A DNA stretch of 64,000 bases, from NCBI GenBank assembly GCA_951406725.2, contig OX597817.1, positions 117,924,001 through 117,988,000 on the forward strand. Direction: 5' to 3'. The stretch's first letter is position 1, and each line of letters starts with the position of its first letter. Made by a program: the position numbers and the translations under genes. The stretch is from Octopus vulgaris (Eukaryota). A model generated the notes under the pieces. The model ran no database searches. It saw nothing but the letters and a program-made list of their open reading frames with translations, and was not told where the DNA came from. Of this stretch, positions 39,440 through 54,483 are shown in pieces.

Positions 39440-41200
39440 TGGAGGAAGTGGATCAGTGAAGAAAACAGGATACGTAGAAAGTGAACCTACTATGAGGGGC
39501 TATAGAAAACAGAAGAAATTGGGTGACAGTATTACAGGTAGAAGATATCACAAGGAAATGGGAAAAGAAAGACCAGGCAATAGGAAAGACAAACAACAAT
39601 ACAAGTGATAGAGCTCAAGCCAAATGAAAACCTAAAGGCAAATATAATTATAGCGCAATCAATAAGGAAAGGATTTATGTGATTTAAGTGAGGAAAATCA
39701 GAAGATTTTTAGATGAGTTGCAGGAAGTAATGAGGAAGCGATTGGCAGCATTAAGAGGCACCAAAAGAAGGAAGCTGCTACAAAACACTAGGGAAGTAGA
39801 TTCTGTTTTCAGAATATTGGGGACACTATATTGTTGATCTGTAGGGGTTGTAGTCAATACAAGATTAGATATCACACAGGGAAAGATTAAAATTGAGGAA
39901 ATGTAGAAAAGGAGATTAGAAAATAAAGTGAAGACTTTAAAACTAGATCTGAATAGAATAGAAGCCTGGAAACGGAACAAGTTAGGAAACACAAGCTGCA
40001 AGTAGACAAGAGCGAAGGTTAGAGTTATAAATATCTATGAGTATTAGAATCTGACAGAGTTCTAACCATAGAAATGGAAGCAAAAATTGAGGGGTACATA
40101 AGAAGAGTGAGGAAGCTAATGAAGTGAAAAGCTAAATGGTCCGAATCTAGTAAAGGTTGTAAATATTTGAACAGTATCATTTCTTAGACACTCAGTAGCT
40201 TTTGTAGATTGGACAACAACTGAATTAGCAAAGCTAGACAGAGGAACTAAGAAGGAATTCAATACTAATATAGGACTGCACACAAGGGCATGAGACGCAC
40301 GATTTTACTTACCTAGAAAGGAAGATGGTAGAGGATTATTATCAGTAGAAGACTGCGTGGAATTAGCTAGAGTAGATATAAAGTCCTATATAATTAATAG
40401 TGAAGATAGTCTATTAAAATCTGCTAGAGTAAATACAGTAAGACATAGGAAAACCAAAAGCCCTAACGAAGTTAAAAAACAGAAAAAAGAACAGAAATTA
40501 TCTGACTGGCAGGAGAAGGCCTTGCATAGTAGAATCCCAAAGATACTTGCAGTAAATAGTAGTAGTAAGATATGGCTATGGTTGCAGAAAGGAAAGCTGA
40601 AAAGTAGTAGCTGCAAAAGATCAAGCATTAAGAACTGATTGGAACAAAGCCAAGACAGACAAAATCCAAGTAAATTCCCAATGTAGATCACGCAAATCAA
40701 AAGAGTAAAGTGTTACTCGTATAGTAAATAAATTTAGCATGCAGTGCACAGAAATAATCCAAGAAAATACATGACAACCTAGGAAGAGTAATCCACTGGG
40801 AGTTATGTAGAAAGCTAGGATTTGAGCTTACTAATAAATGGTATGAACATGAATCTAGTGAAGTACCATAAAGTAGGAAATACTTGATGTTGTGGGCTTT
40901 AACATTCAGACTGACTGAGTAATAGAAGCTAGAGGGCCTGTGTTAGTAGTAGTAAATAAAGAGAATAGAAAGTGCCAAGTAACTGACTTTACAGTCATAA
41001 ATTGGGAACTATCTCTAAATATCTGAACATATGGATAGAGAAAATTGGCATAAAACCTAGATTAATACAGCTCCAGAAAACAGTGTTATTAGGGACAACT
41101 ATGATACTTAGGATGGTTCTTCGCATCTAAGGTTACATGTTGTAGCCCGATGTAGCCCAATTCGTTGCTTTTATATGAAAATAACAACAACAACAACACC

Positions 41201-41239
<39 letters not shown>

Positions 41240-41240
41240 C
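39440..41240 (+). mobile_element. Decayed R4/Dong-type non-LTR retrotransposon (restriction-like endonuclease class) ending in (CAA)n/(TAA)n
   Basis: RFYLPRKEDGRGLLSVEDCVELAR, WQEKALH, WLWLQKGKLK, HDNLGRVIHWELCRKLG, QLQKTVLLGTTMILRMVLRI*. Many stops and frameshifts. Confidence 0.85.
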
Positions 41241-42354
41241 TAATAACCTTATTCAGTAAATGTCACTGGAGTGGAAAGATCATAAAGAATAGTTATTATG
41301 AATGAAAAACAAAGACCCTGTGTTGTCTGCCGCGTTCTCCTCGATAAATTGATAATCTCCACTATTATATCGAATATTAATAGCACGCACACAGATATCA
41401 AATAAATAGAACCGATCCACTACTAAAGATTGCAGTTGCCAGAGAAATTGAAGACGGAAAACGAATAGTGTTTAATCGACAGATTGAACATCAGTTGACT
41501 GAAGAAGAAATTATAAGAGGAACTGGCTTATTGATATATGGATCAATTACATAAATCTTAGCATTTAAAGCCCACTAACTCTTGGATTTTGATAGCACTC
41601 AAATATATCAAAACTTCAAATGACATTGTTGGATTGTTACCTCTAAGTATGGGGAGAGAAAGAACCAAGAACTAACTAGAGGGGAACGCTTTTGAGTAAA
41701 TCAAATTGTGCTGGAGTATTTTGCTACGTTAGCATTATTTCTATACTTGCTATAGAACAGAGAAAAGTAGACTCTAGATATAGCCGTAGAAAATAACAGA
41801 AGATAGTCAACTGTTTACTAGTCATGCAGGTTTTAAAGTTATGTGGAAATATTATGAGGGAATTGGATATTCGTGACTATACTCTGAAAGTGTTGGAAAA
41901 TTACGTTAAAATAGAATTTAGAGTGTCTGTGAAATTAAGAGTATTGGGGACACTAATTTGTTGATCTGTAGGGATTGTAGTCAAAAGTGACGTAAAAACT
42001 CTTTAGAGTGGAGAAAAGATACGGGAGAATTGTAGAGAGTTTTGGTATACATTCATTATTCCATGAAGATGGAATAATGAATGAATAATTTAAGGAGGCA
42101 TTATTTGCGAACTGTAACGCGTGTACATTATTTACATTATTTACAATTGACAGATATTTGTCCTCATCTTGTTTGTTGTTTCGGCTGATATACTCTCCAG
42201 CCTTCATCATGTGTCTTGGGGAAATTTTGAACCTGGGTTCTCATTCCTAAGGTATTTTTTCGATGTTGTTGTTGTTGTTGTTGTTATTATTATTGTTATT
42301 ATTATTATTATTATTGCTGTTGCTGTTGTAGTTATTATTATTATTATTATTATT

Positions 42355-42908
42355 GAGTGAGAGAGCAGCGCATGCCATCAAAGTGACACTGGGGTAAAAT
42401 ATACGAAGCCCAATATACCCATCATGACTACCCGTCTGATAAAGGTACACCAGGCACATGCATCACAACCATATGTGCGCGACATGGTGATCTCATATCA
42501 AGATAAACAGCACATAACCTTGCAGGTGGGGCCCAGTTAGAATTTTCTTCAGGTTGAGTAGCCCATCCCGCTCAAAAGGTCCCTGAATAAGGGTTGTTTA
42601 AGGATGTTGAAAGAACCACCCATGTTTCCAGAGGTGAATTATTCAAACCCAAAAGAATCCCTCTCAACACATGGCTATGATGCTCCCCCACTACTTCTGC
42701 TCGTGATCAGAGATGCACATATCGTCAGCCACTAAGGGACATGCTCAACTGGTTAAAGTCAAACAACTGACAAGCAAATCTGTGGTATTGAGCAGAATAT
42801 TTGCTGTAGCCCATCTTTTATACCAAGACAAAACAATGTACATGATAACACTTCCAATCAGTTAAGATCAGAAGCCATGAGAGCCTCTGCCTGGTACTGC
42901 ATCAGGGC

Positions 42909-42912
<4 letters not shown>
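42355..42912 (-). mobile_element. ~555-bp non-coding element embedded in (TAA)n
   Basis: A sharply bounded block of higher GC flanked on both sides by (TTA)n runs; no credible ORF. Strand is inferred from the AAT tail orientation. Confidence 0.6.
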
Positions 42913-42992
<80 letters not shown>

Positions 42993-43789
42993 CATTATTA
43001 TTATTGAGGTCAAGATGAGGACAAATATCCGTAAATTGTAAATAATGTAAATAATGTACATAATTCCTCATCTCTTAAATATTGAACTGTAGTAACAAGG
43101 ATATTAAATTCTGAATTCACCCCCAAAAACCTTTCCATCTTCCTATAAAATGTGTGAATAACAAAATAGAGCAAGGAAAACTTTGAGGTAGTAATTATAA
43201 GAACAAGGGAATTTCTGATTATCTGCATAGCCTTACCCTAGACAAATACTAAAATTTTAATTTTAGAAGGGAAGTTGGAGCGAGAGGATTGACAATTGTA
43301 TATAATTATAGAGAAGTGAAAGTTGAGAGTTTCATGAAGCAATTTATTAATAGAAACAGGGTGCTTATAATAGCAGAATTTTTAAGAGATGTAAGTTGAA
43401 AGATTGCAAAAAAAAAATGGTACATTCGAAGCAACGAAGTAAGAATACTACGAAAAACACGTAAAATACGAAGCAAAATATTTGCAATATTTTAATAGTT
43501 ATTAAAAATATTGAAGTGAGTCGAGCGCAGAGACCATTTCAATACTTCAAAAGGAGAATTTCAAAGAAGGAGACAGAGATATGATTCTAGGTGAACAGAA
43601 TAACACAGAACAAGACAGATCAGGAAGATTACAAACATAAAAAAGAATAACGTCTAGACTGAATGAAGAATGTGTAGTGAAAGAGAAGAGACGTTTGTAA
43701 GTAAACTCTTTGGGTATAAGCTGCTTGCTGAGAGAGCTTATATGAGCTGGAGATATGACGAAATTACTAATATGGATGAGTGAGTTACA

Positions 43790-44260
43790 AATATGAATTT
43801 GAAATCAAAGAAAAATATATAACTATAATGCAGAACATATCCGTGGATATGACTTTGTGATATAAAAGTTCAAACAAATCGGGAAACGGATCATTTACAC
43901 CCAGATATTGTCATATTCGATAAAGCGGAATAGTTTTCTTGCTTAATCAGTTCTCTTTATCCTTGTGGACATATAGTGGTGTATAAAATTGTGAGAAATC
44001 AAAAAGAAAACAACATTAAAAAAAAAATGAACTTCAGAGTCAGCAATTGCCGTGATGTTAAACCAACTGGAATAGGAGTTTTGAGGATCGTGGCAGAGGT
44101 TTAGATGATTTCTTGGATATATTGGATATCGAGATGAATTTCTTCATCTTGAAAAAAGAAGAAAAGAAAACACGATGCTTGACATAATAAAAACCATAAG
44201 AGCTAAAAAAATCTTTGGTTGTCGAATTCTGTTTATTCTGTATCAAGCCAATACCAGTAG
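43790..44260 (+). pseudogene. R4/Dong-type RLE domain remnant
   Basis: DIKVQTNRETDHLHPDIVIFDK resembles the WDFxIQTD...RPDIVxxDK motif. Confidence 0.55.
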
Positions 44261-44396
44261 AAGATCCAAGAAAAATCTAAGTGAAAGAAAAGACATAACA
44301 ACAAGAGCAACAACAGCAACAGCAGCAACAACAACAACAATCATAATAATTACTGGCTGGATCCGTGAAAAGTTCATGGAAAATATAAAATATATA

Positions 44397-44560
44397 GGCG
44401 TAGGAGTGGCTGTGTGGTAAGTAGCTCGCTTACCGACCACATGGTTCAGGGTTCAGTCCCACTACATGGCATCTTGGGCAAGTGTCTTCTACTATAGCCT
44501 CGGGCCGACCAAAGCCTTGTGAGTGGATTTGGTAGATGGAAACTAAAGAAGACCATCGTA

Positions 44561-44593
<33 letters not shown>

Positions 44594-44803
44594 GCGTGAG
44601 TATGTGTTTGTGATTCTGTGTTTGTCCTTCCAACATGGCTTGTCAACCGATGCTGGTGTGTTTACGTCCCCGTAACTTAGCGGTTCGGCAAAAGAGACCG
44701 ATAGATTAGGCTTACAAAGAATAAGCTCTGAAGTCGATTTGCTCGACTAATGGTGGTGTTCCAGCATGGCCACAGTCAAATGACTGAAACAAGTAAAAGA
44801 GTA
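44397..44803 (+). mobile_element. Full-length tRNA-derived SINE family A with internal (TA)n
   Basis: A box TGGCTGTGTGG, B box GGTTCAGTCCC, core CTTGGGCAAGTGTCTTCTACTATAGCC, tail CAAATGACTGAAACAAGTAAAAGAGTA. Multiple copies in the window. Confidence 0.9.
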
Positions 44804-44858
44804 TCTGTAAATTGTGTGCTGGTGCCATGAGAAATATTTCTATATTGTGACAGTTAAA

Positions 44859-45073
44859 GGCGGCGAGCTGGCAGAATCCTTAGCAGGCCGGGCGGAATGC
44901 TTAGCGATATTTCGTCTTTTTTTACGTCCTGAGTTCAAATTCTGCCGAAGTCGACTTTGCCTTTCATCCTTTCGGAGGTCGATAAATTAAGTACCAGTTG
45001 CGTACTGTGGTAAAAGAAATCGACCGGCCCTATCCCCCTCAAGATTCCAGGATTTGTGCCTATAGTAAAAAAG
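44859..45073 (+). mobile_element. SINE family B, best-preserved copy
   Basis: GGCGGCGAGCTGGCAGAA...GAGTTCAAATTCTGCCGAAGTCGACTTTGCCTTTCATCCTTTCGG..GTCGATAAATTAAGTACCAG. Confidence 0.85.
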
Positions 45074-46130
45074 TATTTTGCGACGGAGCCACGACGAGGA
45101 GGTGGTGTAACATTGGCTCAAAATGAGAGGAAAGAATACATTGAGTTATAGTTTCTGATGTTCTGCCTATATTTCATTCCTTCAATGTCGGTATTCTCTA
45201 AAATTTGTTCTAATTGGGCAGTATTAGGCAGCATTTAAAAGATAATTCTGTGTTTCATCTTGCATATTTTCCCTTCCTCCTTGAACTCTGTTTTTCATAT
45301 CTTGAAGGCAATTCTGCCTGTCATCTTCGTCCATATATCTCGTTTCTTGAACTCTGTTTCTCTGTTCTAAGTATAACTGCCATTGCTCTTGATTCATTAA
45401 TAGTTTTAATTCTGTTTGGCTCTATGAATTTGATCTTTTTAATGCTTTCGTCCATTGCTTGGTATAACAAAAGTGAAAATGGAAAACTCCTGAACAAAAC
45501 AGAGAAATTGTAACTTAACAAAAAATATAGAAAGCGAACATAATAACACATATATCTGACAGTAATTCTTCCATATTTTCCTCTCATAGAACACTAAAGC
45601 CTCCTTTTCCTCATCAACAGAAGGATGTTAATTTCGTTCTTTTTCCTGTTTCCGATTAAATCATTTAGCAAACGACAGAATAATTCTTGATATATTTGCC
45701 CCACATGCATTTGTTCATATTTCTGTAAGAGTTAATCCATATTCAGAATCTGTGTTTCTCAAAGAAGGAAAATGAAACATCTTTATTGTATTGTACGGTA
45801 TTCATCTTTTAATTACATTTGTGACTATATTTGTTTCGTCTGTAATGTTTGCCTTTTAAAAACTCGCTGTATTTTACCTTTGGTTTGTCATATTATTTTA
45901 TATAGAAATTTAGTCAAATGTTTAGTCAAATGCATCACGCCACTACACACACACACACACACGCATACACTCACAGATACAATCGCATACACACTCACAC
46001 ATATACACACAAGCACACACAGATACACACGCATGCACCAAATGCGTATAAACACACATACTTGTATGTATCTATATATCCATTTATATATGTGTGTATA
46101 TATATATGTGTGTATATATATATATGTGTA

Positions 46131-46182
<52 letters not shown>

Positions 46183-47774
46183 TATGTATATATGTATATG
46201 TATATATTTACATATACACATATACATATATATACACACACACACATATATATGAATATACATACGCACGTGCGCTTACACACACTCACTCACACACACA
46301 CACACATATATGTATTAACGGAGTATAGGCGTAAAGCAGTGTTAAATATGAGCAGAATCTAGGTTAGCTGTATTATGTTTGCACATATTTCAAATGATAA
46401 AGGTAAATACACTGCAGTTAACCTTTGAGAAAAAATCTCTCTTCTGGTAAAAGGTGTGGAAACACATAATTCGTTCAGCTTGCCTTTGGCAGTTGAAATG
46501 TGTGACAAACATATATGCATGCATACTTATAACGCAGTCCTTTGAACCCATTCGAAATTAGTTTAATAAAGTATGACCTAATAGTGCCTTTTTGATGTAG
46601 TATTTTACCATGAGGCAATCTACGAATACATTTATTTTCTGTATATGGGGTTCCAATAGAAATCACTTAAAAATTTGATATATTACCCTAATATCTTACA
46701 TTATATACTTTGACTTATTTTTATATAATCAGAATTTTGTGATTCAGACAATAGTGTGTGTGTATCGAAATTATACATCACTCTAATTATATTTAAATAT
46801 ATGATGTGCTGCTCTGCTTCATAAATATTTTATTGGATAATTACATATTCAATAATTTTTTTTTTTAATATGATTCAATTTTATAGTTAAATGTCATAGT
46901 TAAATGGTTATACAGGAAAGGGGAATCCGCTTAGTTTATGGTGGGGAACTTTGTAACAATTTAACACAATATATAGTTAATAGGTGCAAAATAGTAAATA
47001 TACCCATAAATATAAAGAGACGTAAATGCTTTCCTGAACGACACATAAATCTCACATTTATCAGTTTCATAAAATTCTTGTGTGTGGAGGGTGCGTGTAA
47101 TTACGCGTGTGTGAGTACGTGTGTGTGACTGTACGTTTGTGACTTGTGTATAGAAAACATTTATCTGTATCATATGAGAGATCAGAATATTCATTATCAG
47201 TTTATCATTGCTTGATGTAATACATCCAACTGATGCAATTCAGATTCCTAGGTATGATCTCAGGTTATTATGCTATTGTTATTTGAGAACCCCCGTCGGA
47301 TGTTGAATGACATAACTTAGTTATGAATAAAATTTATTCTCTACTGAGATTATATTAACTGTGTAAGCAAAGTGACTGGTCAAGGGACTAATAAGTTTGC
47401 CTATACATTTGATATAATAAGTTGCTGATTGCATTAATGTACTTGATTACACTATATTCAACATGGCCAACATACATAGTATTTGCATGTATGTATGTAT
47501 TGAATGTATGTATGTGTGTGTATGTCTGTTTGCATATATGTTAACCATCCAAAGACAAGAGGGTATTTTAAATCCGTGAGCGTTCAGAACAAGGTTAACA
47601 TGCTATACTATTGATCATATTGCCTCTGTACAACAAACGAGCTACTATCAGACGATAAAAGAATTGAGGGTCTAATCCCCAGAGAGAACATGCGTGAGAT
47701 ATGCAATATGTATATATGTGCGCGTGCGCGCGTGTGTGTGTAGGTATATATATACGTATGGAAGGCCAGAGAAG

Positions 47775-47805
<31 letters not shown>

Positions 47806-49802
47806 GATACATAGATACATAGATACATTTATATATATATAGTGATTTGATAATCGATATCGTTAGAATAAGCACCATACTTTAAAAAATAAGTACTTCG
47901 ATTTTGTCGACTAAGCCCTTCAAGGTTCCGCGCGAGGATGACTGTGTTCCAATGACGAAAACAAGTAATGTATAAACGACAAAAGACACCAAGCCTATAT
48001 GGCATGTTGTTTATTTACCAGCTACCAATTATGTATATTTTTCTAGTATGTCCATATATTGAAGTAGTGTTGCCGTGTTCAAATTTAATTAGTTACCACA
48101 AGTCTTCGGTTATAAAGATGCAATCGTTATTTTCATATAATATTTTATTAATAACATAATCATAAATTATTATTTATGGCATATTTGCTTTGTAAATAAT
48201 ACTATTATTCTTTTAAATTCTTCTTATTACACTGATTCTTTGTAGCGTTTATATTGATGCCAACTCAGAAAATTACTAAGAATTCTAAAAATGTTAAAAG
48301 TATTTTTTGCTGCTGTCTCATTTATAATTATGTGATATTTCCCATTATATTTGCATACCGTTTTACAATATATTGTATGCCATTTTAATTATATTTAGTA
48401 TAGAAAATAATGCATAATATTTAAGATATTTATTTACCAAATCAAACAATTTATTTGAATTCCTACTCTAATATATATAACTATAACGATTGTAATCGCA
48501 TAAGATTTTACTCTTTTCCATTCTCAGACACTTGTACGTACTAATATTATATTTTATGAGCATTTCAGTTGCATACAAATCTAAAATCAATATTATCACA
48601 CCAATACGAAAGCATGTATGCGCATCTGCCTGTACGCGTGTCTTTGTATGTGTGTATGTGCATGTGTATTCATGAACGTATGATTTTGTCCACTTCCTTA
48701 TTTTTCTATACAATTTTCCCTAAAAACGGTAAGCCCTATGGGGGAAATTTAGATAACAATTATGATTTGGATAACTATTAATATATTCAATTTTAGCGAA
48801 ACTCTTACATAAAGAGCAAATCCGTTTCGCTTAAACAGTGAAGCTACAGGAAAGAGATGTTATGTGACTGATAGTTGTAATGTAGTTGTAATACGGGAAA
48901 GAAAATAATAGGCAGTGCTGAAACATTGTCAGTTTGTGACGTTCGAGTGATATGATTAAAATCGTAATATTCTAGTCTTCGTAGGCACAGAACTTGAACT
49001 CACATATCAATTCTAAACTTTACACATTGGTTCTTACGAATATCATTCATAAATATCTAGTTTTTCTGGATCAATATCATACATTGCGGCCGTTATTATT
49101 TTACTTTATGTTTCATTTAGACAATATTTTCAATTATTTTTGCTATTCACTCTTAATTCATAAATGATTTTTATCTATACATATCTATTGCTCGTACATA
49201 TTGATGCGTATCTTGCTAGTAGATTTGTTACTAACCTAAGCATGCTTTTAAAATAGTACACCCTATGGAAAATATTAGGATTACAGCTTCGGATAGAGAC
49301 TAATGTAGTCTTCGATCATGCTGCGCGTGAAATAAACTTCTCTGGGAGTGTTTAACAAATTGTTTGAAAATAGATATATAGAAAAATTTTCTTCAGTGGC
49401 CACTTGATAAATACAATAAGAATCGAAACACATGGATAATAAAACATCTAAAGGATCTCAATTTGCACATAAGCATCTTCACGAAATCATAATTCAAATT
49501 TGCCCATTTAATACGCATAAAGTTTATGAGTATTTCCAACATTACGTTTGTAGATATATACATATTTGTATGGGGATTTGTTTCAACTTATATATTTATA
49601 ATAAGGGGAAAATGTATCAAAGTAAAGTCCTAAAAGATAACAAGTCCAGAGGTAGAAGATTACATACAAATATGCTTAGAATATTAGTGATGAAAACAAT
49701 GGAATCAGGATATATAAATTGTTATGAATTCTAGTGAGATACGTAGAATCTATTTGTAGATTGAAACAGAATGTATGAATTAGAGGAAAATAATTATTTA
49801 TA

Positions 49803-51670
49803 ACTAGCAATGAATCATGGCGTTGCCCGAGTGTTATGACCTACACGTATATTGTATTATTTGCTCCTTTTTTATGGGCAGAATCGGTACAGCTGTTATT
49901 GTTTGTTTAAAAGTGAAGGGCGAGGGTACAATTTGCATGAAAATGCTTTTTGTTCTTAAGAAGTATCAGAAACTATGTATTGTTCCATCGTATAAAAGGG
50001 GGTTAATACGACATTATCCAGAAATCACGTTTCCAATATTTTAATTTCCCCCCAATCCCCACCGCAATTTCTTAGTTTGTAACTTTTTTCTATTTTTTTC
50101 CTTACTAGGTATAAAAATAACGAGATTACGAATCTGGGGAATATATATATATATGTATATATATACATATTTTAAAGTTTAATTTTTCTTGAAGAAAAAC
50201 TCAATGCTCCTTCCTCCACCTCGCCAACCAATCACCTATCAGCTTTCCAAAAAGCTAAAATCTCCCAATCTTGCACTTTCGGCTGATGTTTCCTGCGTGC
50301 GTAGAATTCTACTGAAATAGGAGACTTAAAAAATACCAGACGAATACCATAAAACCACCCGACATGCTAGAAACAACAGACATTATTTCTGAAGAAACTT
50401 CCCCGTTTTCCAAAAAGCTAAAAGTGAAACATTGGGAGTGTGTAGCTTTTCGAAAGTGGTAGGTGATGGGTAAAATTCTTAAAGGTTCGTACTCTCTGGT
50501 TTTTTTCTCCATGGATAACTAAGGATAAAAATTTGAAAGCAGTCAAAAATTAATTGGGTGCGGAAAACGCATTTTGTCGGTGAACTCCTAATCGCCTGTA
50601 TCGCAAACATAGGAATCGGAAGAAATTTAGGAAAAGAAATAAGGGGTGGGGACGGAAATGTCCCCTGGGACATTCTAGAAAGAAGACATAAAGGACAGGA
50701 TTTCTAGGAAAACTTCCTTGTTAGTTTATATCAGTTTTTTAAATACGCTCATCAAAAACACAAATTACACGATAGAAAAAGATAATTTCAGTTGGATTTG
50801 AGCCGTAAATTTACGCGTGCACGCTGCAAGAAATAGAATAATTCGCACAGAAGCTTCACCTGGAGTGTGTGTATTCCAAAGGAAGTTATTTTATGGTATT
50901 CTTTCTCAAAGTTGTCAACTCGATATATATGGAATCATATGATTTATCGTTAATTTCCGTAATTTTCTTTAATTTGTGTATGCGTTGAAGACAGCAGAAA
51001 TTGGAAGAGGGGATAAAGTGAAAAGGCCGCATTTGCTTTGAAGTGACAAGAGAAAATAAGAGAGATGATAAAGCATAAGATGTACATGTATATGAAATGG
51101 ATGTGTGTGTGTGTGTGAGAGAGACAGAGAGAGAGAGAGAGAGTGAGGGAAGGCATGTGTTGTAATATATGAAGTATTTTTATGTATGTGTATGTGGCAC
51201 TCACTCGCTCTCGCTTCCCTCTTTCACACACACGTTATATTTCTCATACACGTAAATAGCGGAGGTAAAGAACACGGACATCACCCGATTTCGGCGAAAC
51301 CGTAACATAAACACCGGGAGTTCGTATTCTTTACCTTCACCCATAAATGCATATGCATACATCTTTTTTGTGCTTGAGAGAGAGGGAGAGACAGTGAGTG
51401 TATTTCGTCATGAAATATAGAAAATTCGATGTCTGTTAATGCAATTGTTTTTGGTTGTGGTTTATTTTAATGCAGTCTTTATGTGTCCATTTTCATAAAT
51501 GTTTGAGACATCGGACGACAGTGAAACATTAGAAGCAAATCGAAATATTGTCCGAATATGACCTCAAAACTGTGCGACCCTAACCAAGTTGCCGAGGTTA
51601 TTTTAGATGTAAAAAATTGTTGCGTCAAAAAAATTATTTGTTAGATAGATAATAAGCAGCTTTCTTTATT
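49803..51670 (-). mobile_element. Non-autonomous Helitron-like element (3' end clear, 5' boundary approximate)
   Basis: Minus strand ends CTCGGGCAACGCCATGATTCATTGCTAGT, a CTAG terminus. A Helitron coding remnant lies nearby on the same strand. Confidence 0.45.
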
Positions 51671-51879
51671 ATAATACACATGTGACTAATTTGGAGAAAC
51701 ATTAATTTCATTATTCTCACATCGTCACTCTCGTAATGTAACACTGTAATCTTGGTTCAAATTGAAAGTGAAACTATTTTCATTTTCTAATGAATTCTGG
51801 TCGTTGTAAAGAAGTCTATTTGAAATAACTATAGTTGGCTGTTGAGATAACGTAGAAGACATGTAAATGAAATTAAAGT

Positions 51880-52150
51880 TTGAAATATGTAATTGATTTA
51901 ATTGTTCTGGTCTTAACATCAGTTGGTAAGAATAGAAGTTATTTGACGACACCTTTTTTTGCTTTTAATTGACACTCCAGTTGACGGTTCAATTCGTAGG
52001 CTATCGAAATGACACCCATTTTGTCTTTTCCATAGAATAAGAGTATACTGGAGAGCATGATAAGAGGGATGAGTTTGTGAAACACATTTAAGGTTGTTAT
52101 CTCGAACACAATGAGAATAACATGATTTTCATGGAGTTCACCAACCATAA
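51880..52150 (-). pseudogene. Helitron RepHel N-terminal remnant
   Basis: VSSNNFYSYQLMLR, plus a frameshifted segment resembling THPSYDALQYxLxxxxGQDG. Confidence 0.65.
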
Positions 52151-54196
52151 AAATGGCTCTTTCTTTAGATGTGGGCTCATTAAAAGAGCGTAAAATGCTC
52201 TTTACTATAGTATACTAAAGACGTAAGGAGCGCAGAAACACACACACACATAAAATTGATAATATTCAAAACAGTAAAATGTACACACACTAAATGTAGT
52301 CAATATAGATGCAAAACATACTTTATGTAGCATAGTTATGCTATACAAAAATAGAAAACCACCAGTTTAGAAAAAGTTACTGTGTCACGAACGTAACAAG
52401 GTACAAAAAGTCAACATTTATTTGTGATATGTACTAAAAGTTATAGAATTCAAGATTAAATATCACGGTGAAGAAAGTGAAAGAGCAAGAAAATTCAGAA
52501 GGCATAATTCAATTTTTCATACAAAAATGATTTATCTTACAATTCTGAAACGAACGGTGAACCAATTGCATAGAAAAGAAAGTGTTGCTGTTGTGAACGT
52601 TAATTTAAGATATTTGCTGAAGGATGTACATAGCAAGATATAAATTAATTTGACATTACATTATATTTTTTAACTGTGTAACACTATAGACTGTAGAATA
52701 AATACTGACTAACGCAGTAAGAATGTTCTGCGCCATTCATACTTACAGTGATGCAGAAGCTTTGGAGGAATGTAAAAGTAATCTTTAAACTCTTTTCGAA
52801 TTTGTTATAATAACCAAAATAACACTTTTTCCGGATATATTTGAGAGTATTGTGAGTGCTGTTAAATCAGCAATATCTTTATGTTCGTAGTACTTGAAAG
52901 TTGTTGTTCGTTTAAAATTCTGGCCCCAGCTAAACTTTCAATATAGGTGCGTTTTGGTGTTGGGCAGGAGTTTGTCACATACGTAAACTAAGACACACAG
53001 ACACACACACATACATTAACGCACGCTTGAAGCCTATCTCTGCCCCTGTGTGTGTCAGTCGTCGCAAAAATGTATGTATACTAACAGACGCATTCACTTT
53101 CACATACATATACTTGTTAGTCATCGGCCTAACATACGTAACACTCAAATAGAAAAGGTGACGCCATCGTCGCTACGGTGGTGAAATAAAATGTCGTTTA
53201 CGACAGGTAACTAAAAGAAAAATGACAATGTTAATTTTTTGTTATGCAAATATTTGAATGAAAATATGGTTTAGTTCGCAGCTAAAAACCTACTGTATCT
53301 TTTCATACCCAATACATCAAAATCGACAACTCGGATTTGGAATGCATAAGGAACATATGCGTACACACGCACACAGACAAACTCTCTTTTATAGATATAG
53401 ATAAACAGTGGTCTCTTCTGTATTATACAAATGAGCATAAAGAAATAATGGATAAAAAGTTTCAAAGACAGTATAGTCAGGTAACCTATTGTGATCAGGG
53501 GTGGTTTAAATGGATAAACCAAATAGTGCGACTCTGTGATAGCGTCAGATAAAAATTCACATGTCAAAATGTTACTGGTATGATTTTCCATGTTTTTTTA
53601 AGGCGTACTTTCTCAAACGGCAAAATTTAGTAAATATCACTTGTCTGCTATTCACACTGTTTGCAGATCTGTTAAATTTATCAACTGTGGAGTACTTTTC
53701 AACGAAGTATATCTATAAAAAAGAAGAACGAAAATGCTACATAAAAAAATGCATTTATATGAAATATGTAGAAGACGTTTTCGTAGCATTCCTAGTGGTA
53801 ATTTCGGCTGTTTTCTTCATGGCAAATTAAGTACTGTGGTCAGAATGGTTTTCAAAAAGGAGTGGCCGTAGTAGTCAATTAAGCAGTAGGAGCAATAATA
53901 GTCGTCGTAAAGTTATCTACCCTGAGGTCTTCACAGAAATGGATTTGTCTAATCTCTAATCTTTATTTCTTATGAATAATATACATGTATTTTCAGTGGT
54001 CTGAGCTTAAAGAATTTCAACTCGGTCGATACTTCCTTATGAAATGCACTTCGTTGCTAATGCGTTCATTTTTGGCTGGCACTGTCTTTGAATTTCTAAT
54101 TTGGAAAAGTTGTGAGTTTAGGATATTTATGGATGCACATCTGTCTATGTGTTCGCTGAAAGATATTTTCTTGTATTCCGAAATTCTAAATCTCTC

Positions 54197-54245
<49 letters not shown>

Positions 54246-54258
54246 TACATATATATAT

Positions 54259-54311
<53 letters not shown>

Positions 54312-54412
54312 TACATAAATACATACATACATGCATACATACATACATAAATAGATATATGTGTGTGTATAACTATGTATATGTAATAGTATATATATAT
54401 GCATATTATATA

Positions 54413-54483
<71 letters not shown>

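Noticed and set aside
44397-44470. tRNA gene
   Set aside because: The A/B boxes belong to a multi-copy SINE head; no proper cloverleaf.
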